NCBI GenBank assembly: GCA_045803545.1
Contig: JBJMOW010000005.1
Location: 1,120,001 to 1,184,000 of the forward strand
Length of the DNA stretch: 64,000 nucleotides
Direction of reading: 5' to 3'
Source: Gemmatimonadaceae bacterium
GTDB lineage: Bacteria; Gemmatimonadota; Gemmatimonadetes; Gemmatimonadales; Gemmatimonadaceae
Shown: positions 39,074 through 48,558 of the stretch, piece after piece
Numbering within the stretch: the first letter of the stretch is position 1
Layout: each line of letters starts with the position of its first letter
Program-made: the position numbers and the translations under genes
The notes under the pieces: model-generated
What the model was told of the DNA's origin: nothing
Databases searched by the model: none
Seen by the model: the letters and a program-made list of their open reading frames with translations, nothing else

Positions 39074-39514
39074 TCACCCCGCAGCCGGGTCCGTTCTGTT
39101 GAACTCCCGCATATCCAGGACGCTGACGGCGAGTATGAGCGTCACGATCGCCGCCGACGTGACGCACCAGATGCATATCGCGTGTATCACACCCAGCTCG
39201 AGATAGGTCAGCCACGCAGAAAACAGAACCCCCACTACAGACTGGGCGACGAGCACGATCGAGAAGGCGCGCTCGTCCTCGAAGCGAGGAAAAGTGCTGA
39301 GCGTGGCGACGGCGAATACGTCCAGGTAGAACAACAAGCCCCAGGCGGCGACGGGCAGACCGAGGAAGCGCGACCATTTGCTGGTGTTCACCGTTTCGCA
39401 CGAGCCGATGCTGCAGCTCAACTCGCCGATGATCCCCATTTTGTAGAGCGTCAGGTAAAGACTGATAAAGATCCCGGCCAGCGCTAGCGCGGCCACGATC
39501 ATCCGCTTCGTCAC
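39074..39514 (-). CDS. Vitamin K epoxide reductase (VKOR) family protein
   Basis: CSIGSCETVNTS, FLGLPVA, CIWC motif. Confidence 0.92.
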   Translation of the reverse strand: MTKRMIVAALALAGIFISLYLTLYKMGIIGELSCSIGSCETVNTSKWSRFLGLPVAAWGLLFYLDVFAVATLSTFPRFEDERAFSIVLVAQSVVGVLFSAWLTYLELGVIHAICIWCVTSAAIVTLILAVSVLDMREFNRTDPAAG

Positions 39515-40308
39515 TTCGGCGCGGCTGGCGTGCTACTGGCGGCGGTCGTCCCGCCGGCTTTGGCGAGGGAGTCGACGATGCCTTTCAGCTCGTCGTAAGT
39601 GCGCATTCCTGGATAGAGCCGACCGCCGATGACGAACGTGGGCGTCGAATTCACTCCGCGCCGCAGGCCCTCCGCGAGATTGGCGGCGATTCGTTTCTGG
39701 AACTTACGCCCGTCAAAGCAGCTCTCCCATTTCGCGACATCCAGGTCTGCCTCGCCGGCGTAGCGCTTGAAAAATGCCTTGGGTGCGTCAGTTGCCTCGC
39801 CGTTCCACTCATCCTGTGCCTGGAATAGTCGGTCGTGCATCGGCCAGAACTTGCCCTGCGCATCCGCGCACGCAGCTGCATTGGAAGCCGCCACTGTGTT
39901 TCGATGCTGCGTTAGCGGAAAATCGTAAAAGGTCAGGTTGGCCAAACCGGCGTTGATGATCCTGGTTCGAACATCTGGTTCGGTGACCGTCGCCCAGCCG
40001 CCGCACGAAGGGCACTCGAAATCGGCAAATTCGACGATCTTTACCGGGGCATCGACTTTGCCTATGAGGTAGCCCTGCGCCGGACCGGCATTAGTAGTGT
40101 CCGTCGTATCGAGCGCTTGTTGCGATGATGATTTTGGCTTCGTTGCGACGTAACCGAGCGCTGCCACACCAACGAGTGCAATGAGGCCGAGCAGCCAGAT
40201 GAAGGCTTTTGGCCGGTTTGATTGACGATTGTTTCTGACGGTGTTTCTGGGAGGAGGGGGCGGCGGAGGTGCGTTGCCCCGTCTTGATGAGTCGTTGGTT
40301 GGCGACAT
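39511..40308 (-). CDS. DsbA-family thiol-disulfide oxidoreductase
   Basis: EFADFECPSC, GVNSTPTF; N-terminal membrane anchor; coupled to VKOR. Confidence 0.9.
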   Translation of the reverse strand: MSPTNDSSRRGNAPPPPPPPRNTVRNNRQSNRPKAFIWLLGLIALVGVAALGYVATKPKSSSQQALDTTDTTNAGPAQGYLIGKVDAPVKIVEFADFECPSCGGWATVTEPDVRTRIINAGLANLTFYDFPLTQHRNTVAASNAAACADAQGKFWPMHDRLFQAQDEWNGEATDAPKAFFKRYAGEADLDVAKWESCFDGRKFQKRIAANLAEGLRRGVNSTPTFVIGGRLYPGMRTYDELKGIVDSLAKAGGTTAASSTPAAPK

Positions 40309-40378
40309 CGTCGGATTATTTTCCTGTGCGTGAACGCTGAGAGCGTCGTTGCGCGAAAGCTAAAAGAGGGGTTTACAG

Positions 40379-41221
40379 ATGCAAGCTGACATACTGCGTG
40401 CTCCAGTCGGACCGGGAGCGATGCACGTCGATCGGTATGGTCATGGCGGAACTGCGGTGATTCTTCTGCACGGATTCGGAACCTGCAATTTCCTGTGGCG
40501 CGCGATCGCGCCCGCGATCACCGCTGCAGGGCATACCGCTTATTCTGTCGATTTGTTCGGCCACGGCCAATCGGACCGGCCGCTCGACGCCGATTTTGGC
40601 ATCGCCGCGCAGGCAGAGTATCTCGATGCGGCGATGACGGTGCTGCGCGTGTCACGCGCCGTTGTCGTCGGTGTCGATCTCGGCGGTGATGTCGCCATGA
40701 AGCTGGCAGCGAATCGTCCCGAACGCGTCGAAAAACTGGTGTTGATCAACACGCCAGCCTTCGACGAGCTGCCCGCACGGGACATCACTCAGATGCAGCG
40801 TCGTACGGCGCGCTTTGCGTTCAGCCTTCAGCGGGGGGTAATGGGAGCCGCACCACTGCTGGAGGGTGTGCTCAAAGGGAGTGTTGCCGACCCGGAACAC
40901 ATGCCCATGAAGCTCATTGCCCGCTATCTCGCACCCTTTGTAGGGAAGGATGGAGCAAACCATCTCCTAACGCTTGCCAGTGCGGTCCACCGCGGCGATC
41001 TCGATGAGGATGAGTACGGCGAGATAAAAGCGCCCACGTTGATCGTCTGGGGCGACGAAGACCGTTGGGTCGACCCAAAACTAGCTGATCGACTGGCCAA
41101 TTCGATTCCGGAAGCAAGGCTCGTCAGGTTGGCGGGGGTGGCGAGGCTCGTTCCTGAGGAAAACCCCGAACATCTCTCGGAATTGCTACTCGATTTTATC
41201 AAACGACGAGCAGCGGCATGA
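40379..41221 (+). CDS. Alpha/beta hydrolase fold protein
   Basis: LLHGF, DLFGHGQS, GVDLGG nucleophile elbow, PTLIVWGDED. Confidence 0.85.
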   Translation: MQADILRAPVGPGAMHVDRYGHGGTAVILLHGFGTCNFLWRAIAPAITAAGHTAYSVDLFGHGQSDRPLDADFGIAAQAEYLDAAMTVLRVSRAVVVGVDLGGDVAMKLAANRPERVEKLVLINTPAFDELPARDITQMQRRTARFAFSLQRGVMGAAPLLEGVLKGSVADPEHMPMKLIARYLAPFVGKDGANHLLTLASAVHRGDLDEDEYGEIKAPTLIVWGDEDRWVDPKLADRLANSIPEARLVRLAGVARLVPEENPEHLSELLLDFIKRRAAA

Positions 41222-41301
41222 ACCTTTCTCCTGTGAAAAGTGTCTCAAAAACAGTAGATTACCAGACACGATTTTCACCGGATTTTCTCCAACCGAGATT
41301 G

Positions 41302-41565
41302 ATGAACACCACCACTAAAAACAGATTCCGGAAGGAGCCAGTAAGGGTAGTAAGTCCGTTTGCGGAAGCCAGGGACGAGCTGTTTCAGCAGATCATGCGT
41401 TGCGGAGTTATCGACGCGGCAGCTGAGGACCAGAAGGATTGGTTCGACAACACGTTGCAATACCTGGCTGATCGCTATCACGAACTGGCACCTTCGGAGC
41501 TAGATGAGCTTAGGGTACTCGGCGAGCGTTTCGCTCAGCCGCCCAAGGCGAGAAAAGCAGTCTGA
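41302..41565 (+). CDS. Hypothetical small helical protein
   Basis: ORF followed by a terminator; start chosen at ATG 41302. Confidence 0.6.
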   Translation: MNTTTKNRFRKEPVRVVSPFAEARDELFQQIMRCGVIDAAAEDQKDWFDNTLQYLADRYHELAPSELDELRVLGERFAQPPKARKAV

Positions 41566-41568
41566 TTA

Positions 41569-41598
41569 GAGGGGCGCGAAGAGGCGCCCCTTTTTGTT
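41569..41598 (+). terminator. Rho-independent terminator
   Basis: GAGGGGCGC-GAAGAG-GCGCCCCTT followed by a T-tract, between convergent genes. Confidence 0.75.
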
Positions 41599-41599
41599 G

Positions 41600-42091
41600 C
41601 TACCTCCGAGCGTTGATGCCGCGTCGAAGGCCAACGCCGATGCGCGCACCTCCGCCGAGGCCTGCCTCGATTGTCGGTACCCAACCGGACGTACGCCCTA
41701 GCGGCAGCGGGCCCTCGAGGCCGACGACCACCAACAGATACGCTCGCGAACCGCCATCCTCCTCGCTGCGATACCGGCCGCTAATTCCTCCAGCACCGTA
41801 CAGTGCCCACCGCGATTGGCGGAATGGATCCAGGCTGAAGCGCGACAGTAAGTCGGTGCGTCCCTCCACACCGTGGCGACCAACGCCCAACCCAGTGATG
41901 AATCCTGTGCGAGCGTAGATGCCTGACGGGATGCTTATCCCGAAACCGGCTTCGACTCCGCTGGTCCGCGCGAAGAGTCCGTCAACGCGCCATTCGGTCT
42001 GTACCTGTTGTTGGGGAGTCTGCGCTCCCATTCGGACGCTGGCAGCACAGAACGCGAAGCAGGAACCCAGCCGGAAGAGCGCCTTGAGCAC
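41600..42091 (-). CDS. Hypothetical secreted, possibly outer-membrane beta protein
   Basis: Signal peptide; Gly-rich alternating beta strands. Confidence 0.55.
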   Translation of the reverse strand: MLKALFRLGSCFAFCAASVRMGAQTPQQQVQTEWRVDGLFARTSGVEAGFGISIPSGIYARTGFITGLGVGRHGVEGRTDLLSRFSLDPFRQSRWALYGAGGISGRYRSEEDGGSRAYLLVVVGLEGPLPLGRTSGWVPTIEAGLGGGARIGVGLRRGINARR

Positions 42092-42094
42092 GAA

Positions 42095-42628
42095 TCAGGC
42101 AATGGTAGAGCGCGTGCGTCCCCGCCACAGCGCAATCGTGTAGTCAACGATCGATGCGGCAGAAACGACTGCGATGGTGAGGATCATTAAGTCAGTGAGC
42201 TCGGGCAGAATCGGGATCGTCACCAGCGCAATCAGCTGAAATACGGTGACAATCTTTCCCAACATTCTCGCCCTGAACACGGCTGGACGCAGCGTTGGAA
42301 TAATTTTGGCGACTAGGAATCCGACTGCCGTCGCGATGTCGCGTGTCAGGAACAGGAAATACTGGCCGGTTGTGAGCTGACCCTCAACGAGGTAAGTGGA
42401 AATCGCAACGAAAACGAAGACGCGATCGGCGAGCGGATCGATCAGCGCACCGGCAGTCGATTCCGTTTTGCGGTGGCGCGCCAGCCAGCCGTCCATGAAG
42501 TCGGTGAAGCCGGCGACCGCAATCAACACCACGCGAGCCCACGCGTCGGGTACGAGCACGAATGCGAGCGCCAGCACAATGCGCGACAGCGAGATCGTGT
42601 TCGGAAGCGTGACCAGACCGCGTGGCAT
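42095..42628 (-). CDS. CDP-alcohol phosphatidyltransferase (PgsA-like)
   Basis: LPNTISLSR, TDFMDGWLAR...GALIDPLAD motif. Confidence 0.92.
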   Translation of the reverse strand: MPRGLVTLPNTISLSRIVLALAFVLVPDAWARVVLIAVAGFTDFMDGWLARHRKTESTAGALIDPLADRVFVFVAISTYLVEGQLTTGQYFLFLTRDIATAVGFLVAKIIPTLRPAVFRARMLGKIVTVFQLIALVTIPILPELTDLMILTIAVVSAASIVDYTIALWRGRTRSTIA

Positions 42629-42724
42629 GCGAGCGAAAAGTACCCGTGCGTTACGGCGCGTGCCAGCGCACACCAGCATGCGAACCTGCTTGCGGGTGAC
42701 TCACTGCGTGTCTAGGTTCGCTCG

Positions 42725-44251
42725 ATGAGCTCGCACAGGCTGTTGGGCGCGCTGTATCTCGCCCTCTCCATTGCGATGATCGCGTGGGACATCCTGAGAG
42801 CGGGTCGCATCGCGCAGCTGCGACGCATGCCGCGCGGCTTCCAGGCGATCACCGGCATAGCGGGATTGCTGCTCGTCCCCGCACTGGTCGTCGCGTACAC
42901 GTCGGTGTCGCTTCTCTACGGCCGTGCGATCTATCTGGTCTCGTGGCTGTGGCCGTTCACCGCGCTGCTGTTCGTTGTCCAGGCCATCTATGCACTTACT
43001 CGCCGGCTCGTCACACCGGCCCTTGGCTTTCCGCTGCTGGTGTACAACACGATCATCGCGGTCGTCGCCATCACGAAATTCATGATTTCGCGCGGCTTGA
43101 CGCCGCTCGATTTCGGTCTCGCTCTCAATGCCGCACAGGCGAGCATGCTTGGAAGCGTTTTCGGCACCCCCGCGTTGTGGAATCCCATATACCTGCAGGT
43201 GCCGATTTTCGCCCCATCACTGCCGGCGCGCTGGGGAGTCACCCGCCTCGCGCGCGTGGCGATGGCCGGCGCCGCGATCGCGCTGACTGCGTTGCTGCTG
43301 GTAGAGCTGCCCGGTGCATACGCAGCCGTCAAGAGCTACGCGATATACTCGGCCGTACGCTTGCAGGAACATCCCGAAGGCGATTTCAAGCTTGGGCTTA
43401 AAGTCTTCCCCGACCTTCGCAGCGGACCGCCGCCGGTCGGGCTCGACGACGATCTTTCACTCGCCGACACCCTCGACATCGACGCGATAAGTGTCGTCGT
43501 CGATCCGGAAGGGGCGCGCGGGATTGCGCTCGATTCACTCGCGCGGTCGATCGAACAGTCGCGATCCGACAGCACCGTTCTGATCGTCGCGCTCGGCTAC
43601 CCCAAAAAGGGGGCTGACGAGTTCAAGCGCTCGCGCGAAGCATACACGACAGCTCGCCTGAAAGACGTCGATCAGATTGCTCGCCGACTGAAGCCCGACT
43701 ACCTCATTCCTGCGACCGATCCGACCGAAGAGGGATTTCGGATACTCGGCAGTCAGGATCCCACGTATTGGATCGATTATTTCACGCGTGCAGCACGGCT
43801 CGCACACTACATCTATCCACGCATCAAAGTCGCGGTACCAATGAGCAGTTATGGAACGCGCGACAGCATCCTGTACGCCTGGGCAGCGCGACCCGGCTCA
43901 CCGATCGACGTAGTGGGCTTCTCGCTGCTCGCGGGCTTCGACGGTGCGCGCTCGATGGACACCGACATGCGAGTTGCGCGGCGATGGATGCAGCAATTCC
44001 CGAAACCCAAAGAGCATTGGGTGTTCGCGACCGGTGGCTACCCGTTGGTCCATGGCGAAATGAGTCAACTGCGCGCGGTTTGGGGGACGCTTGCCTGGGC
44101 GACTGCGCAGGCTCCGATCAAGGGGTTGGTTGTGTACGAGGGCGGAGACTACAACACGGTGCGCGGCATTCGCGCATCCGGCGGACGGTTGCGCCCCGTC
44201 TTCGACAAGCTGGTTCAAGCCGAGAAAGGACTCCGCGCCAGTCCCCAGTAA
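42725..44251 (+). CDS. Membrane protein with C-terminal soluble (possibly TIM-barrel/glycosidase-like) domain
   Basis: About 5-6 N-terminal TM helices, then an alpha/beta domain (IDVVGFS, KEHWVFATG, IKGLVVY). Confidence 0.6.
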   Translation: MSSHRLLGALYLALSIAMIAWDILRAGRIAQLRRMPRGFQAITGIAGLLLVPALVVAYTSVSLLYGRAIYLVSWLWPFTALLFVVQAIYALTRRLVTPALGFPLLVYNTIIAVVAITKFMISRGLTPLDFGLALNAAQASMLGSVFGTPALWNPIYLQVPIFAPSLPARWGVTRLARVAMAGAAIALTALLLVELPGAYAAVKSYAIYSAVRLQEHPEGDFKLGLKVFPDLRSGPPPVGLDDDLSLADTLDIDAISVVVDPEGARGIALDSLARSIEQSRSDSTVLIVALGYPKKGADEFKRSREAYTTARLKDVDQIARRLKPDYLIPATDPTEEGFRILGSQDPTYWIDYFTRAARLAHYIYPRIKVAVPMSSYGTRDSILYAWAARPGSPIDVVGFSLLAGFDGARSMDTDMRVARRWMQQFPKPKEHWVFATGGYPLVHGEMSQLRAVWGTLAWATAQAPIKGLVVYEGGDYNTVRGIRASGGRLRPVFDKLVQAEKGLRASPQ

Positions 44252-44275
44252 CTCGGGTAACGAAGAGCGGCCGCG

Positions 44276-46885
44276 CTAGACTGTGCGGCCAACTCCGCGC
44301 ACGATTCCTTCCACGCGCTTTTCCGGGTCGAAGTACTTCCGCGCCAGTTCTCTCATCTGCTCGGCGGTCACAGAGCGCACATTGTCGTCGTGCTCGAGCA
44401 GCTCGTGCAGGCCTTCGCCGAACATCCAGGCATCGAGCATTTCACCCAGCTGAGCGCCGCCGCTTTCCTGCGCGATGGCGTGCGAACCAACCAGATATTC
44501 TTTCGCCTGATTCAGTTCGTCAGAAGTTACCGGGGCCTCGCGCAACTTTGCGAATTCCTTGAGCAGCCCCGCCCGCGCGACTCCTTCCTTCTCCGGAGAT
44601 GTCGCAATGTACGAAATGAAGATGCCGGCAAGCCTTTTCTCGCTCGCGGCCGCGTGCACTGTATACGCCAGTGATTGACGATCGCGAAGTTCGTCGAAGA
44701 ACCGACCTCCCAGTCCGCTTGCGAGTGTCCCAATCAGCGTTGCGGCAAATCGCATATCCTCGGTTCGCGATGGAGCCGGAAACGCCAGCGTCATCGCCGT
44801 CTGCGCCTTGTCGCGCGATTCCGCGGCGATCTTTACGCGCTTCGGCCAACGCGGCTTCCCTGCCTTTGGAGGCCGGCTTGCCTCGAGTGAGTGAAACTCG
44901 CGCGCAACGAGATTGGCTGCCTGTTGAGGATCCACGTCAGCGACTATGCCAATCACTGCCGCCGAATCCATCACGTGCACCCGATGCCACTCGCGGGCTT
45001 CTTCGACTCTCATTCCGCGCAGCGAGTCCTCGCTTCCCATCGTCGGCACGCCATAGGGATGACCTGCGAATGCGGCGGTCATCGCCAGACGCAGAGGATA
45101 GCGGAACATGTCGTCGCGCAGCATCGCCAGATTCGAGAGCGCGACCGTCCTCTCGGTCTCGAAATCTTCCTGCGGAAACGTTGGCCGCTGGATGACATCG
45201 CCCATCAACTCCAGGGCTTCCCCGAGTCGCTCGGTTGGCACTGAGAACGACCAGCCAAAACTGTCGCTGCCTACGCTCGCCGAGATGGTACCGCCGAGCA
45301 TCTCGGAGTCTTCCGCGATCTGCGAGGCGCTGCGCGAGGTGGTGCCTTTCAAGATCGACCGCGCGGTCAATAACGTGAGTCCCGCTTTCTCGGCCTCTTC
45401 CTCGAGCGCCCCTCCGACGATGTAGACCGCGATGTTCGCGATCGGTGATCCCGACTTTCGCCGAACCAGAATTGGGATGCCGTTTTCGGTTCTAAAGACC
45501 GACACACCCGCCTTTTCGCTCTCGAAGGTCGCCGTGTGTTCTTCGGCGCGCGGCGCAGTTTTGCGCGCCGGAATCTCGGGCAGGCGCTCCGTACCACCCT
45601 CACCAAGCAAGCGCTTCATGTCGGCAGCGTCCTGCGCTACCACTGGCGAGTTGGACGGGCGGTAGATCAGGGAGGCCGCTTTCTCCTCCGGAAGGTGCTC
45701 ACGCACGACACGCTGCACATCATCAGCAGTTACCGATAAGTAGCGTCGGAAATAGTCGTCGCCGAGCTGCCAGCCGCCGAGCGCTTCCCATTCAGCGAGG
45801 TAATTGGCCCGGCCTTCTGCCGTCTCGAAGCGGCGCAGCCAGCGCGCCTCGAAAATCCGCCGCACACGCGCCAGCTCGCTGTCATCCACCAAACCAACGC
45901 GCACTTGATGCAGCTGATCCCAGATCACACGTGCTGCATCGACAGTCGTCTCCGGCTCGGTCTCCGCGTGCACCACGAACACGCCGAGCTCGGTGGGCGT
46001 GTAGTCATAGGCGCTGACCGAGGAGGCGAGCTTTCTCTCACGCACCGCTCGATAGAGCCTGGACGCGCGACCAGTGCCGAGTAATGCGGCCGTTACATCG
46101 AGCGCCGCTGTGTCCGCGTCCAATGTGCCCGGCGTTCGCCAACCAAACAGCAGCTGACTTTGCGCGATGTCGCCGGCCAGCTCACGGTATCGAAATCCGG
46201 TATGGTCCGGTTCGCTCGGCCCGGGTCGGCGATTGGGGTCACCGCTTTGCAAACCGCCATAAAACTCTTCAACGCGACGTAACGCCTCGGCCTCATCGAC
46301 ATCGCCCGAGATGACAAGGATCGTGTTGCTGGGACGATAAAAATTCCGGTAGAAGCCATTCATCAAATCGCGCGTGAACGCGCGCAGACCCGGCTCTCGA
46401 CCGATGCGCCAGCGCCGCATCCTATGTACATCGTGTAGCACTTCGTACAAAGTCTCAGTGGCGACCGCGCTGGGGGAATCCGATTTGCGCTTTGCCTCCT
46501 GAATGATGACCTCCATCTCTTTCGCGAGATCCCGGCCGTCGATCACCGAGTTCGCATACGCATCGGCCTGGATCTCCAGACCTTTGGCGAAGCTGCTCGA
46601 CGGCAACACCGTGTAGTACGCGGTGTTGTCGTAGATCGTGTGCGCGTTGAGGTAGCCGCCGCTCGCTTTGGTCTCTTTCGCGATCTCTCCGACGCCGCGC
46701 TTCTGCGTTCCTTTGAAGAACATGTGCTCGAGCGCGTGAGCGAGCCCATTCTCTTCGTCCGTTTCGTCGAAATAGCCCGCCTTCACATATGTGACGATCG
46801 CGACGACTGGCGCGGACCTATCCTCTTGGACGAGAACGGTAAGACCGTTGGGCAGGATGGTGCGATGAACGCTTTGTTGATCCAT
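44276..46885 (-). CDS. M16 (pitrilysin-family) zinc peptidase
   Basis: Inverted zinc motif HALEHMFFKG; two M16 halves. Confidence 0.93.
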   Translation of the reverse strand: MDQQSVHRTILPNGLTVLVQEDRSAPVVAIVTYVKAGYFDETDEENGLAHALEHMFFKGTQKRGVGEIAKETKASGGYLNAHTIYDNTAYYTVLPSSSFAKGLEIQADAYANSVIDGRDLAKEMEVIIQEAKRKSDSPSAVATETLYEVLHDVHRMRRWRIGREPGLRAFTRDLMNGFYRNFYRPSNTILVISGDVDEAEALRRVEEFYGGLQSGDPNRRPGPSEPDHTGFRYRELAGDIAQSQLLFGWRTPGTLDADTAALDVTAALLGTGRASRLYRAVRERKLASSVSAYDYTPTELGVFVVHAETEPETTVDAARVIWDQLHQVRVGLVDDSELARVRRIFEARWLRRFETAEGRANYLAEWEALGGWQLGDDYFRRYLSVTADDVQRVVREHLPEEKAASLIYRPSNSPVVAQDAADMKRLLGEGGTERLPEIPARKTAPRAEEHTATFESEKAGVSVFRTENGIPILVRRKSGSPIANIAVYIVGGALEEEAEKAGLTLLTARSILKGTTSRSASQIAEDSEMLGGTISASVGSDSFGWSFSVPTERLGEALELMGDVIQRPTFPQEDFETERTVALSNLAMLRDDMFRYPLRLAMTAAFAGHPYGVPTMGSEDSLRGMRVEEAREWHRVHVMDSAAVIGIVADVDPQQAANLVAREFHSLEASRPPKAGKPRWPKRVKIAAESRDKAQTAMTLAFPAPSRTEDMRFAATLIGTLASGLGGRFFDELRDRQSLAYTVHAAASEKRLAGIFISYIATSPEKEGVARAGLLKEFAKLREAPVTSDELNQAKEYLVGSHAIAQESGGAQLGEMLDAWMFGEGLHELLEHDDNVRSVTAEQMRELARKYFDPEKRVEGIVRGVGRTV

Positions 46886-46912
46886 TTCTAACGGTAATTG
46901 CTTTGGGCTGGC

Positions 46913-47650
46913 CTAGTCTGCGAGCGATCCGTAGCGCAACAGCACGAGCCCGAGGGCGAAGCAGAGCAAGCCATAGCCAACCAGCCAGACGACGTCGCTC
47001 GATTGTGCCGAGCCAGTTCCGATCAAGGAGTTTGCCACGTCATCGAGGCGATGGACGGGCGGGAGAATCTCTACGAGCTTTCCTTTCCAGCCAGCCCGCG
47101 GCCCGCTGTAGATGGCGCGCAACATTCGCGAGCCGAGCCAGACGGCGGCGAGACTCAGCCAGTCGTAGCGAGTGGCCACTGAAAGAAAAAAGCCGATGCC
47201 GCCCATCGCGAGGTACACAAGCGTCGCGTACAGAACGAAGTAGTAGACGTTGAAGCTGGGGAGGATCGTGCGCAGCAGCACGGACAAAACCGCCATGATC
47301 AGCAGTACGCCTACCATGTAGACCACGAAGGCCTGCGCGTAGTAGAGAACGCGATTGATCGGCTTTGCAAACAGAAACCTGTAGTAGCCGTTCTTGCGGT
47401 CACTCGAAACAATGCCATTCATCGCGATCAGCACCGACACCGATACGACTGCCGAGGTGATCTGCAGCACTATCCCCCAAATCGGCGAGCCGACTGCCAC
47501 TGGAACTGGCGATTGAGGATTCATCGCCGCGCGCAGGGGTGCGAGCAATGTGTAGCCCCACAGCAATCCGATGACCGCGATGCCGATCCCGTGCTGCATG
47601 AAGAAATCGCGGAACTGCCACAATGAGTATTTGCCGAGTCTCCCCCTCAC
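46913..47650 (-). CDS. ABC-2 type transporter permease
   Basis: 6 TM helices, DRKNGYYRFLFAKP; coupled to the ATPase gene. Confidence 0.75.
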   Translation of the reverse strand: MRGRLGKYSLWQFRDFFMQHGIGIAVIGLLWGYTLLAPLRAAMNPQSPVPVAVGSPIWGIVLQITSAVVSVSVLIAMNGIVSSDRKNGYYRFLFAKPINRVLYYAQAFVVYMVGVLLIMAVLSVLLRTILPSFNVYYFVLYATLVYLAMGGIGFFLSVATRYDWLSLAAVWLGSRMLRAIYSGPRAGWKGKLVEILPPVHRLDDVANSLIGTGSAQSSDVVWLVGYGLLCFALGLVLLRYGSLAD

Positions 47651-48558
47651 GACGATTCCCCAACCGCTTCGCGGAATTGCTGTTCGAGCACGGAGCGTTC
47701 AGGCACCACGCTCGCTATCAGCCCACCGCGACTTATGAGATTCGCGATTGACGCATTGAGCTCTTGGATGCTCTGCACCGTCACATCGTACTCTCCCCTT
47801 CCAGCGTCCTCGGCGGAGGGGAAAATCGATTGCACGAGGTCAAACCCGCTCACCAGTGTCAGACGGAAACGCGTCGCAACAGGCGCCGCGGACTCGTATC
47901 CGGTGCTGACCACGCGCTGCAGTCGTCCGCGATCGATGATCGCCACTCTGTCCGCCAATCGCTGTAGCTCGTCGAGATTGTGTGACGCGATGAGCATGGT
48001 GCGGTCAGGTCGCCGCAACTCCCCAACAATGTCGCGGAAGCGCTGGGTCCAGACGGGATCGAGCCCGTGGGTCGGCTCGTCGAGCACCAGGATTCGCTCG
48101 TCGCGCAGGAGCGCCTGCGCCAATCCTAATCGTTGCAGATTTCCCTTCGACAAAGCTTTCACTTTCTTGTCGCGATGCTCACCGAGTCCAAGCAGATCGA
48201 TCACGTACTCGACCCGACGCGGAATCTCGTCATCCGAAAGGCCGGCGAGGATCGCGCTCCGCTTGAGCGTCGATTCTGCTTTCCACCTTGGATTGATCGA
48301 AATCAGCTCGGAGAGGTAGCCGATGCCGTTCTGCTCGACGTAGGTGCGCGCAAGCCGGCCGCTGATTTCAATCGTGCCGGTCGTCGGTCTGAGATAGCCG
48401 AGCATCATGGAGATCAGAGTGCTCTTGCCGGCGCCATTGGGGCCGGCGATGCCGAGTATCTCGCCTTCGTTGACTACTAACGAAAACTCCTCGACCGCTT
48501 GTACAGAGTTGCCGAGGAGTGATTTGTATGTCTTCCCGACGTTCCTGAACTCGATCAC
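47647..48558 (-). CDS. ABC transporter ATP-binding protein
   Basis: GPNGAGKST, LSKGNLQR, LDEPTHGLD; GTG at 48558 overlaps the upstream stop. Confidence 0.92.
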   Translation of the reverse strand: MIEFRNVGKTYKSLLGNSVQAVEEFSLVVNEGEILGIAGPNGAGKSTLISMMLGYLRPTTGTIEISGRLARTYVEQNGIGYLSELISINPRWKAESTLKRSAILAGLSDDEIPRRVEYVIDLLGLGEHRDKKVKALSKGNLQRLGLAQALLRDERILVLDEPTHGLDPVWTQRFRDIVGELRRPDRTMLIASHNLDELQRLADRVAIIDRGRLQRVVSTGYESAAPVATRFRLTLVSGFDLVQSIFPSAEDAGRGEYDVTVQSIQELNASIANLISRGGLIASVVPERSVLEQQFREAVGESS

